Assembly (NCBI GenBank): GCA_965213625.1 | Contig: CBDBZU010000004.1 | Location: 960,001 to 1,024,000, forward strand | Source: a bacterium | GTDB lineage: Bacteria; UBA8248 | DNA length: 64,000 nucleotides | Direction: 5' to 3' | Notes under the pieces: model-generated | Seen by the model: only the letters and a program-made list of their open reading frames with translations | The model's database searches: none | Told to the model about the DNA's origin: nothing | Made by a program: the position numbers and the translations under genes | Shown here: positions 19,056 through 30,228 of the stretch, piece after piece | Position numbering within the stretch: the first letter of the stretch is position 1 | Layout: every line of letters starts with the position of its first letter

Positions 19056-19817
19056 CTAGTGAACGTACCTGCCGCCGTTGACGTCGAGCACCACGCCGGT
19101 AACGTAGCGCGCTTGTGGTCTGGCGAGATACCAAACGGCGTCGGCGATATCCGCAGCGTCCGCCAGGCGGCGCGCCGGAATTTTCGAGACTATCTCGGGC
19201 AATCTGTCCTTGTGGAGAACGGCCGTCCTCGGGGTGATCACGACGCCCGGAGTCACCGTGTTCACCGTTACGCCGTGGGGAGCGACTTCCACCGCCAGCC
19301 GCCTGCCAAACCCGAACAGGCCCGCCTTGGCGGCGCTGTAGGCGAGGCCGGTCTCGATGATGGCGTCGCGGCCCGACTGGGAGGAAACGTTCACGATGCG
19401 GCCGTAGCCGGCTTTCTTCATAAAGGGCATAGACGCGCGCGCGCACAGGTAGGCGCTCTTCAGGTTCAGGTCCACGACCCGGCGCCACTGCGACTCGTCG
19501 ATCTCTTCGATGGCCGGGTTTTCCACGAATCCGCCCGCGCAGTTCACCAGAATGTCAAGACGCCCCCAGGTGACGAGCGCCTCCTCTACCGCCGCTTTCA
19601 CCTCATTCGCCGAGGTTGCGTCGGTATTGATGAAGCGGGCTTCGCCCCCCTCATCGCATATTCGGCGCGCCGTCGCCTCGCCCAGCGCATCGTCGAGGTC
19701 CAGTAGCGCAACGCGCGCGCCCTCATGCGCGAGGCGCTCGGCTATCGCTTCGCCGATGCCCACCGCGCCCGCCGTCACGAGCGCCACGTGTCCTTGGATC
19801 GAGGATTTATCTTCCAT
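19056..19817 (-). CDS. SDR family oxidoreductase, tandem paralog
   Basis: VTAGAVGIG, LVNCAG, YSAAK, DVNGG. Confidence 0.92.
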   Translation of the reverse strand: MEDKSSIQGHVALVTAGAVGIGEAIAERLAHEGARVALLDLDDALGEATARRICDEGGEARFINTDATSANEVKAAVEEALVTWGRLDILVNCAGGFVENPAIEEIDESQWRRVVDLNLKSAYLCARASMPFMKKAGYGRIVNVSSQSGRDAIIETGLAYSAAKAGLFGFGRRLAVEVAPHGVTVNTVTPGVVITPRTAVLHKDRLPEIVSKIPARRLADAADIADAVWYLARPQARYVTGVVLDVNGGRYVH

Positions 19818-19857
19818 CTCGTATGCCGCCTCGCTTGCGTCCACCGAGAAATTCCGT

Positions 19858-20232
19858 TTAAGAATCCCGCCCGGACGACCGAATCATAAAAAATCCCTCA
19901 TAGGCGAGGAAGGGAACCGTAAAAGGCACCAGAACCAGCCACAAGGTTCCGCTCTCGAGGCCGCTGCCCGCCATCTTCGCCAGATAGTTATAGGCGTAAA
20001 AATTCACCAGCACGCCGCCCGCTATCGCCGCAACAACCCGGTGCCACACGGCCTCGCTGTCCATCATATCGCGTATGTTCGTGATGAGAACGTACGCCAT
20101 GGCGGCGATGACGGCGGCGTCGAGCCAATGAAAAACAACCTTGGCCGCCTTGGGGTTCATCGCGAAAAACTGGTTGTTGAGCATCAGCGCAATCGCAACC
20201 GCCAGAACGAGGAAGCCCCCTTTTGAGCGCAT
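19858..20232 (-). CDS. Hypothetical membrane protein (about 4 TM)
   Basis: GGAGGA RBS before ATG 20232; four hydrophobic segments. Confidence 0.7.
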   Translation of the reverse strand: MRSKGGFLVLAVAIALMLNNQFFAMNPKAAKVVFHWLDAAVIAAMAYVLITNIRDMMDSEAVWHRVVAAIAGGVLVNFYAYNYLAKMAGSGLESGTLWLVLVPFTVPFLAYEGFFMIRSSGRDS

Positions 20233-20358
20233 GTTTCCTCCTCCCGACAAAAAACCCGAGTCGCTCTTCGCCTCGCACCGTCTCCCCTCACGCCGAGGGT
20301 TCGCATGGCTCGCCGATAATGAGTGGATTATAGCGCATCGCCACCGCCTTGCCAGCCG

Positions 20359-20955
20359 CTAGGGGGCGCTTGCGGCGGCGAAATAGGTGTTGCCGTCGAA
20401 ATCCCACCAGCGGGCTTTTCGAAACCCCGCCTCGCGCAACTCCGCCACGAGTTCTCGGGGCTCAAAGCTCGCTTCGAGGGGCGGCCCCATGTCCATGGGC
20501 TTCTTGTGCCAGTCGATGAGCGTGATGGCGGCGCCCTTTTTCATCGCGCGGCTTGATTCGGCGAGCAGGGCCTGGATGTCGGCCAACCCGTGTAGCACGA
20601 ACGCGATGAGGACGAAGTCCGCACACGCATCCGGAAAGGGGATTCGGGATCCCTGGTTTCGCTTCGCCGTCAGGTTGGCGTAGCCGCGCTCTTTGGCTCC
20701 CGCCCGAAGTTCGGTGATCATCACGGGCGAGACGTCGCAGGCGAACACGCGGCCGTGTTTTCCCACGATTCTGCAAGCGGGGATCGCGAAATATCCTGGG
20801 CCGCAGCCGATATCCAGGAAACCCATGCCGCGTTTCAGGCCCAGGGCGCGCAGCGTCTTGACGGGCGGCATGGCCCGCCGCCTTCCCCTTGTGAGCAGGA
20901 GGTGTCGGTTGCGGACGGGAAGCGTCCACTTCTTACGTGCGGCCGACTCGCTCAA
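20359..20955 (-). CDS. Class I SAM-dependent methyltransferase
   Basis: LDIGCGPGYF, ACDVS, FVLHG, IDWHK..GPP; TTG start overlaps the upstream stop. Confidence 0.88.
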   Translation of the reverse strand: MSESAARKKWTLPVRNRHLLLTRGRRRAMPPVKTLRALGLKRGMGFLDIGCGPGYFAIPACRIVGKHGRVFACDVSPVMITELRAGAKERGYANLTAKRNQGSRIPFPDACADFVLIAFVLHGLADIQALLAESSRAMKKGAAITLIDWHKKPMDMGPPLEASFEPRELVAELREAGFRKARWWDFDGNTYFAAASAP

Positions 20956-22043
20956 GCCTCATCCTCGAGATAGCCGCCGAGCGCCTCACGGATGAATTCC
21001 TCCGGGTGCCCCTCTCGGATGAGCATGAAGCCCTCCGCCAGGCACTCGAGCTTTCTGCGCTCCCTGTCGAGTCGCGTCTGCCCCTTCCGGCTGAGGAGCC
21101 TCTCGACGTCTTCTATCGTGGCGCCCTCGAGCGCCCACTTGAGCCCCGTCTTGAGGAGGGGTTCCTGAATCCATTCGAGGCGCTCGGCAATCGCGCCGCC
21201 CTCGTCGCGGGAAGCGAGGCCAGCGAGTTCCACGCAAAGGCTGATGATGTCGACCGTGGCTTGTGCCGAGGGAGAAAACCGGACGCCCGGCAGGCGCTCG
21301 TAATCCGCCTCGCCCTCGGGCAGGAATGCGACGAGCCTCGCGCGCGCGCGGTCCTCGCTCACGCCCTCGAGAATCGCCAGCGCGCCCTCGATGGCGATCT
21401 CCTTGTTTCTTTCAACTGCGCTGAGGGAGGATTCGATTTGCCTGACGAGAATCAACTCGGCCTCATCCCAGGGCGCCTGGTCGACCAGCATTCGAAGGCC
21501 GGTCGAGAAAATTCCGTCCGGGCTCCTCTCGAGGGCCGGCTCGAGGGAGAGCAACCCGTGCTGCTCCGCCCACGCGGCCAGTGCGACGATGAGCGAAACG
21601 GCGTGCTCGGCCTTGCTGTCAGATGAGTGAAACGCGGCGAGCCCTTCTTCGAGCGCCCGATCCAGCGGTGGAATGGCGTCGTCGGCGGGGCCATCGAATG
21701 TAATGTCGCCGTGGTTTTTCATGGCGTAGGCGGTCTGCATCAACATCTGGCGCGCCTCGACGCTCCGCTCGTTCTCCACAGCGCCCGAACGCTCGATTTC
21801 CTCGCGAATATGGGACGCGTTTTTGGAGGATACGTTCCTGAGCACCCGCTCGACCACGCGCGGCTGCGCGTCGCGTAGCGCCAGTACGAGGATTTCCAGG
21901 TCCATGCGCTCGATGACACGCCTTAACGCACGGCCCGACATCTCTGCGATGGGGCTCAGGTCGGGGTTCTCGCCGGGGGAGAAGTAGTGAAAGCCCGGAC
22001 CCTCCATCCCGCCCTCGTCCCAGCCGTCGCCACTAAAGTTCAT
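20952..22043 (-). CDS. FliG C-terminal domain fused to two MotA-like cytoplasmic modules
   Basis: aa ~28-115 resemble FliG_C; aa ~146-242 and ~264-360 resemble the MotA cytoplasmic loop plus C-tail; no TM segments. Confidence 0.75.
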   Translation of the reverse strand: MNFSGDGWDEGGMEGPGFHYFSPGENPDLSPIAEMSGRALRRVIERMDLEILVLALRDAQPRVVERVLRNVSSKNASHIREEIERSGAVENERSVEARQMLMQTAYAMKNHGDITFDGPADDAIPPLDRALEEGLAAFHSSDSKAEHAVSLIVALAAWAEQHGLLSLEPALERSPDGIFSTGLRMLVDQAPWDEAELILVRQIESSLSAVERNKEIAIEGALAILEGVSEDRARARLVAFLPEGEADYERLPGVRFSPSAQATVDIISLCVELAGLASRDEGGAIAERLEWIQEPLLKTGLKWALEGATIEDVERLLSRKGQTRLDRERRKLECLAEGFMLIREGHPEEFIREALGGYLEDEA

Positions 22044-22127
22044 TTTCTCGTCTTCCGGACTTTCGAGGAGCGCCGCGCCGAGCGGGCCGGCAGGGTTGTT
22101 TCAGGAGCCGCCAGAACATGATCCGCG

Positions 22128-23771
22128 TCAATTCTCCTCGGCCAGCTTGGGCGGCTGCACGGAACGGTTCACATAGAATTGCTGCGCGATGGAGAGGAGG
22201 TTGTTCACGAGCCAGTAGATAACCAGCCCCACGGGCACGGGATAGAAGATGAACATGCCCGTGAAGACGATGGGCATAAACATCATCATCTTCGCCTGGG
22301 TGGGGTCGCCCGCGGTGGGCGTCATCTTCTGCTGCAAGAACATCGAGGCGCCCATAAGTATCGTATATACGTGGTAGGGGTCCTGCACGGAGAGATCCTG
22401 CACCCAGCCGAAAAAGGGCGCGTTACGCAACTCTATCGACACCAGGAGCGCTTCGTATAGCCCGAAGAAGACGGGTATCTGTATCAGCATGGGCAGACAG
22501 CCCATCATCGGGTTGACCTTGTGCTCCTTATATAAGGCCATGGTCTGCTCGTTCAGCCTGTTCTTGTCGTCCTTGTATATCTCGCGCAACTGCGTGATGC
22601 GCGGCTGGAGCTTCTGCATCTCCTTCATGTTGCGCATGCTGACGTGGGTGAGGGGGTAGAAGATGATTTTCACCACGATCGTCAGCAGGATGATGGCCAC
22701 GCCCCAGTTGCCTACGATCCCGTGGAAAAAACGCAGAATCGACATGAGCGGCTTGGCGATGAAGGAGAACATCCCGTAGTCCAGGGAATCCTCGAGGTTG
22801 ACCTTGAGCTTTTCGAGGTGCTCCACCGCCTTCGGCCCCACATAGATGTCGAAGTCCGCTTCGACGTTCGTTCCCCGTGAGAAGGGCACGATGGCGGCAT
22901 ATTCGCTCAAATCATCCGTTTTGCTTAACAAGCGAATCTCCGCACCGCCCGCACCGCCTCGGGGAATGAGCGCCGCGATAAAGTGCTTCGATTGGAGCGA
23001 AGTCCACTTGAGGCTCTCGCCGTGGGTGACGGGTTTCGCTTCCTCGGGATAGTCGTATTCGAGTTCTTCGCCCACGAAGCTCATCGGCCCCTCGATGACG
23101 CCGCCATACGTGTTGCCGTCGCTTCCGCCCACGCGCGGCCCCCAGACGATTCCCATCGCCTCCGTCCCGGAAGGACGCGTGACGCTTATATTCGTGCGGA
23201 TATTGAATTCGTTGTGGCGGAAGGTGAGCGCCTTCTCCGCCGAGAGGCCATCGGCGCCTCGGTAGAGGAAGCGAACCGTTCCCTCAGGATTCGTCTTCGA
23301 GAGCGAGAGGTCGCCGCCTACGACCTGGTAGGAAGCCTCGTTGAGCCGCTGCGCCGTCTTTCCGCCCCAGAAGAAAAGAGGCCGCACGTCCGGGCGGCCC
23401 GAAGGCACGAGCTGGACGAAGTTCTTCTCGCCCTGTTTGTATTTCAAAAGGCGTGCGGACAAAAAGCCCGCGCCCCGGTTGGTCAGTTCATACACTGCGT
23501 CGCCAATGTCCACGCGAACGCGTCGCCCCGGAGCAGCTTCCGTGGGCGTAGCAGGAGCGGCGGGTGTGGCCGGCTGGCCGGCGACGGAAGCGGGCGCTTT
23601 AAGTGGCGTGCTCGCGGCGCTCGATTGTCCCTTCTTCTGGGCCGCCGCGCGCGCCTTGGCCACCTTTTGCTTCTGGGCCTGCTCGTCTTCCATGGGCTTG
23701 ACGATGAGGTATTGCCAGCCAATCAGTATCGCCATCGACAAGACGGCGGCGAGAATCGCGTTTCTTTCCAT
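22128..23771 (-). CDS. yidC: Membrane protein insertase YidC
   Basis: YVGPK, LDYG, NWGVAIILLT, GCLPMLIQIPVF, LVIYWLVNN; start MERNAIL at 23771. Confidence 0.97.
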   Translation of the reverse strand: MERNAILAAVLSMAILIGWQYLIVKPMEDEQAQKQKVAKARAAAQKKGQSSAASTPLKAPASVAGQPATPAAPATPTEAAPGRRVRVDIGDAVYELTNRGAGFLSARLLKYKQGEKNFVQLVPSGRPDVRPLFFWGGKTAQRLNEASYQVVGGDLSLSKTNPEGTVRFLYRGADGLSAEKALTFRHNEFNIRTNISVTRPSGTEAMGIVWGPRVGGSDGNTYGGVIEGPMSFVGEELEYDYPEEAKPVTHGESLKWTSLQSKHFIAALIPRGGAGGAEIRLLSKTDDLSEYAAIVPFSRGTNVEADFDIYVGPKAVEHLEKLKVNLEDSLDYGMFSFIAKPLMSILRFFHGIVGNWGVAIILLTIVVKIIFYPLTHVSMRNMKEMQKLQPRITQLREIYKDDKNRLNEQTMALYKEHKVNPMMGCLPMLIQIPVFFGLYEALLVSIELRNAPFFGWVQDLSVQDPYHVYTILMGASMFLQQKMTPTAGDPTQAKMMMFMPIVFTGMFIFYPVPVGLVIYWLVNNLLSIAQQFYVNRSVQPPKLAEEN

Positions 23772-23797
23772 GATGTAAAGCGCCTCCGCCGGACCCC

Positions 23798-24055
23798 TCA
23801 GGGAACCGGATCGTTTCCCCCGGGGTGAAATGGATGGCAGCGCCCGATGCGGCGCACGGTGAGCCATAGGGCCCGCGCGGGTGCGTGACGCCGAAACGCC
23901 TCGAGCGCGTAATGAGAACAAGAAGGTGAAAAGCGGCAACTGCCAGGCATCACGGGAGACAAAACGAGTTGATACCCCCGAATCAAGATCGTCGCCAATA
24001 CACAGATCGCCCGAGAGACGGGGCCGATCTCTTTTTCAGGAATTCGTTTTTCCAT
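23798..24055 (-). CDS. yidD: Membrane protein insertion efficiency factor YidD
   Basis: YQ..LSP...CRFSPSCSHY..EA...RIGRCHPFHPGG.DPVP. Confidence 0.95.
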   Translation of the reverse strand: MEKRIPEKEIGPVSRAICVLATILIRGYQLVLSPVMPGSCRFSPSCSHYALEAFRRHAPARALWLTVRRIGRCHPFHPGGNDPVP

Positions 24056-24383
24056 GGATAGCGTTGCGGAACGACCTTTCAACATCCTCTAGCCTCGCCA
24101 TGGCGATCGAGTTCCTCGCCACGGCCACAAGGTCTACTCCCGCAGGGAGTTGAGAGCCGTGACGCCGAAACACCTCGCGGAGAAGCCGCTTGGCGCGATT
24201 CCTCTGAACGGCGCCGCCCACCCGGCGCGACGCGATGATGCCAATTCGTGCGCGTCTCCGCGAAGGAGTCGACAGGATATGCAACGTGAAATTCGGACAC
24301 TTGTGCTTGCGTCCTTTTCTGAGAACGACGGCGAATTCACTCCCCTTGCGAATTCGCCGCTCCGGCGGGAAGCTCTCGTCCAT
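24036..24383 (-). CDS. rnpA: Ribonuclease P protein component
   Basis: RIGIIASRRVGGAVQRNRAKRLLRE (RNR motif). Confidence 0.95.
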   Translation of the reverse strand: MDESFPPERRIRKGSEFAVVLRKGRKHKCPNFTLHILSTPSRRRARIGIIASRRVGGAVQRNRAKRLLREVFRRHGSQLPAGVDLVAVARNSIAMARLEDVERSFRNAIHGKTNS

Positions 24384-24427
24384 GCCCGCGCCCTCCCGTT
24401 CGAGGGTCGGCAAGTCCGGCGCGCCGT

Positions 24428-24568
24428 CTAGGCGGAAACGCCGAGACGCTTGCGGCCCTTGACCCGGCGGCGTTTTATAACCGCGCGGCCGCCGGTGGTC
24501 TTCATCCGGCGACGAAATCCGTGCGTCTTCACTCGTTTTCTTCTGTTCGGCTGGTATGTTCGTTTCAC
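24428..24568 (-). CDS. rpmH: 50S ribosomal protein L34 (not in ORF track)
   Basis: Manual translation [49 protein letters not shown] start. Confidence 0.97.
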   Translation of the reverse strand: MKRTYQPNRRKRVKTHGFRRRMKTTGGRAVIKRRRVKGRKRLGVSA

Positions 24569-24757
24569 CAAAAACTCCGTCTACCGGCCCCAAGGCCGAT
24601 CTTTCAACCCGCCATATAAATGATAAAGGTGGGTATCCCCTAGAAACCGAGCGTAAAGTAGCCACCAAAGTCCTGATTGTCAAGAACTACTTGTTAGGGG
24701 CATGACAAAATTGACAAGCTCAAGGGATCGGGGTATTTTCCTCGACCTTGGTTTGCT

Positions 24758-24901
24758 TTACCCACAAAGAAGGTTCATTTCCGTTCATAAATGACAAAAT
24801 ACCCGAAAGACGCTCCTTTTTGTGGAAAAATACTTGCCAACACCCAGGGTTTTGTGGAAAAATGCCTTCTCAGGTCAACTCCAGTCTCGCCCTGTGGAAA
24901 A
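24758..24901. promoter_or_regulatory. DnaA-box cluster upstream of dnaA
   Basis: TTACCCACA at 24758; TGTGGAAAA (reverse complement TTTTCCACA) at 24821, 24853, 24893. Confidence 0.8.
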
Positions 24902-24963
24902 CCGGCTGCTGAGCGGCTCAATGCCCCTCGCTCCGAGATCTTTGTCGTGAATTGGTGCTCTAA

Positions 24964-26325
24964 ATGACGACCCTTTGGCGGCGCTGCGCAGAAAAAATCG
25001 AGCAAGAGGTCTCCTCCCAGACGTACTCACGCTGGTTTGCCGGCATAGAGGAGCTTGATTCAAGCGATTCTTCCCTGGCGATTCAGGCCCCTGATCCATT
25101 TACGGCGGAAACCCTGCGCACACGCTATTGGGGAATTATCAAGGACATCCTCGAACAAGAGGCCGGGCCGAACGTTGTGCTCACCCTCTCGGCGAGTGAT
25201 GGCGTGGTCAACGGAGCCAACGCCCTGCGTACGATCGCCGAACCGTTTCCAGCAAATGAGGACCCCGGGCCTTTGGCAATATCTAAGGCCCCTCCGGAGA
25301 AACCGGACTTCCTGAACCCAAAATACCGTTTCGAGAACTTCGTGGTGGGCAGCTCAAACGAATTCGCCCACGCCTGCAGCCTTCGTTTGGCTGAGGGCAA
25401 GGGGGTTGCGCTCAACCCCCTTTTCATCTACGGCGGCGTAGGTCTCGGTAAAACCCACCTGATGCACGCCATCGCTCACCACGTCCTCGATCAACACCCG
25501 AGGACACGCATCTTCTACACATCGTCGGAAAACTTCATTAACGATCTCATCACCTCGATCAGACAGAATCAGATGACCGCCTTCAGAAGCAAATACCGGA
25601 AAGTGGACATCCTGATGATAGACGACATCCAGTTTATCGCCGGAAAAGAGCGCACCCAGGAAGAATTCTTCTTTACTTTCAACGATTTACAAGATACGAG
25701 AAAACAGATCGTCATCACGAGCGATAAAATACCCAAAGACACCCCAGGGCTGGAAGATCGTCTCAGGTCGCGATTTATCTCAGGGATGATTGCGGACATC
25801 GGCGCACCGGACTTCGAAACCAAGGTTGCCATCCTGCAGAAGAAAGCGAGCGAACAGGGACTTTCGCTCAACCGGGATGTCGCCCACTATATCGCCGAGA
25901 AAGTCCGCTCTAACGTCCGGGAACTCGAGGGCTGCCTTATCAAGCTCAGCATTCATGCTTCTTTGTACGATACCGAGGTTGATCTCCCTGTCGCGCAAGA
26001 AGTGTTGCGCGGCATCATCCGGGACCCCGCCCGCAACTCTTCGGTAGATAATATCCAGAAGATCGTCGCCGATCACTTTCAGGTTAGGGTTAGCGACCTT
26101 AAATCGAAAAACCGCTCGCGATCTTTTGCCGTTCCCCGGCAGATCGCCATGTTCCTCGCAAGAAAACTCACGCGCGCCTCGACAACGGAAATAGGTCGTC
26201 GCTTCGGCGGAAAGGATCATTCCACGGTAATACACTCCACAAACAAGATTGAGAACCTGCTCAAAACGGATCAGTCTCTCTCCGCCACCATCCAGACCCT
26301 CGAGCAAAAGATAGACTTATCCTGA
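24964..26325 (+). CDS. dnaA: Chromosomal replication initiator DnaA
   Basis: NPLFIYGGVGLGKTHL, IDDIQF, NVRELEG, FGGKDHSTV. Confidence 0.99.
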   Translation: MTTLWRRCAEKIEQEVSSQTYSRWFAGIEELDSSDSSLAIQAPDPFTAETLRTRYWGIIKDILEQEAGPNVVLTLSASDGVVNGANALRTIAEPFPANEDPGPLAISKAPPEKPDFLNPKYRFENFVVGSSNEFAHACSLRLAEGKGVALNPLFIYGGVGLGKTHLMHAIAHHVLDQHPRTRIFYTSSENFINDLITSIRQNQMTAFRSKYRKVDILMIDDIQFIAGKERTQEEFFFTFNDLQDTRKQIVITSDKIPKDTPGLEDRLRSRFISGMIADIGAPDFETKVAILQKKASEQGLSLNRDVAHYIAEKVRSNVRELEGCLIKLSIHASLYDTEVDLPVAQEVLRGIIRDPARNSSVDNIQKIVADHFQVRVSDLKSKNRSRSFAVPRQIAMFLARKLTRASTTEIGRRFGGKDHSTVIHSTNKIENLLKTDQSLSATIQTLEQKIDLS

Positions 26326-26561
26326 AACACCCGTGGAAAGGGTTGTGGATAACCATGTTGAAATCCCCCTTCTTCGCCGCGTTCAAGGAAAAAATCCCCA
26401 GCCTCCTACATTTACCCACAAGCGACTCCACACCCCTCCATTTGAACAAAAGCTTCAATTTGAACACCTTGGAAGGATGTCCACAATATCCCGGTTTCTA
26501 CTACTACTACTATTTTGATCTTATCCTTGGCCTTAAAAGAACTAGTGCCTGAGGATATCCT
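26326..26561. other. oriC unwinding region (DnaA boxes, DnaA-trios, AT-rich tract)
   Basis: TGTGGATAA 26344-26352, TTACCCACA 26412-26420, ATGTCCACA 26477-26485, (CTA)5 at 26498-26512 then TTTT. Confidence 0.85.
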
Positions 26562-27677
26562 TTGCGCCTCGCTGAGTTGACGCTCAAAAACTTCAGGAAT
26601 TACCAAAAACTCGGTTTCCGACCACACTCGGGATTTAACTATATTTTTGGAGACAACGGCTCGGGAAAGACAAATCTGCTCGAAGCTATTTATTACCTTT
26701 CGCACCTTCGGTCCTTCCGCCGGATATCCAGAGAGAAGATGGTGTTGCACGGTGGCGAGGGAATGTATACGTCCGGCGTGTTCATCGATGAGGGGAATGC
26801 AAAAGAAACGAGGCTCGAAGCAGCGTTCCACGGGCGCGAGAGAAAATACAAGAAAGATGGCCAGGAACTGCGGGGCCTGTTGTCCTATCTCGATAGTTCG
26901 CACGTTATTGTTTTTTTTCCCGAGACGCCTCAAGTCATCAAGGAGGGCCCCGGCGCGAGAAGGCGGTTTTTCGATCAAGCGATAGCGGCCGTCGAACCCC
27001 GGCATATCGAGGATTCCAGGGGGTATTTGAAACTACTTTCCGAGAGAAATCACCTTTTGAGAAATGGGGGCGAATCTGCTATGATTCTGGTGTGGCAAGA
27101 GCGACTAATCGAGATGGCCGCCCGCATTATCGTCCGCAGAAAAAGATATATACATTCTCTAAAAAACCGGCTGAACCATCTAGAGAATTTATTTGGAGAA
27201 ACGCGAGAAGCTAGGGTTTCCGTGTCGTATGAAGCCAGAGGTCTCCAGGGGAGAGACGAAGACGCGGAAGAGGAAATACGAGAGGGCTTACGAGCGACGG
27301 CGCGGAGACTCGCAAGGGAGGAAATGGCGAGAAGGACAACGCTTTGGGGTCCGCAGCTCGATGACTTTCACTTGTCGTGGGACGGGCGCCGCGCGAAAGA
27401 AGTCGCTTCCCAGGGAGAGCAGCGCCTCATCACGATTTTGCTGGTATCGGCGAACGCTGAGGAATACAAGAGTAGAAGAAAGAAAGCTCCCGTCGTATTG
27501 CTCGATGATTTGGGATCGGAGCTCGACGCGGGCAGGAAAAAGAGGGTGTTGTTGTTCCTGGGTTCCTTGGGAGCGCAAACTTTTATTACCTCGACCGAGG
27601 AACCGCGGTTAAACGAAAACGAGATTGAAGGAAGAACTTTTCTTGTTCGAGACGCAACGGTTGAAAGGGTAGATTGA
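26562..27677 (+). CDS. recF: DNA replication/repair protein RecF
   Basis: NFRNY, GDNGSGKTNLLEAIY, GPGARRRFFD, SQGEQR, LLDDLGSELD. Confidence 0.95.
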   Translation: MRLAELTLKNFRNYQKLGFRPHSGFNYIFGDNGSGKTNLLEAIYYLSHLRSFRRISREKMVLHGGEGMYTSGVFIDEGNAKETRLEAAFHGRERKYKKDGQELRGLLSYLDSSHVIVFFPETPQVIKEGPGARRRFFDQAIAAVEPRHIEDSRGYLKLLSERNHLLRNGGESAMILVWQERLIEMAARIIVRRKRYIHSLKNRLNHLENLFGETREARVSVSYEARGLQGRDEDAEEEIREGLRATARRLAREEMARRTTLWGPQLDDFHLSWDGRRAKEVASQGEQRLITILLVSANAEEYKSRRKKAPVVLLDDLGSELDAGRKKRVLLFLGSLGAQTFITSTEEPRLNENEIEGRTFLVRDATVERVD

Positions 27678-30185
<2,508 letters not shown>

Positions 30186-30228
30186 CGTCCTCTCATGCCG
30201 TGAGTGAAAGCCAGTTAATTTTCCGGAA

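Noticed and set aside
24384-24683. N-terminal extension of rnpA in the ORF track
   Set aside because: It overlaps rpmH in another frame; the real start is ATG 24383.
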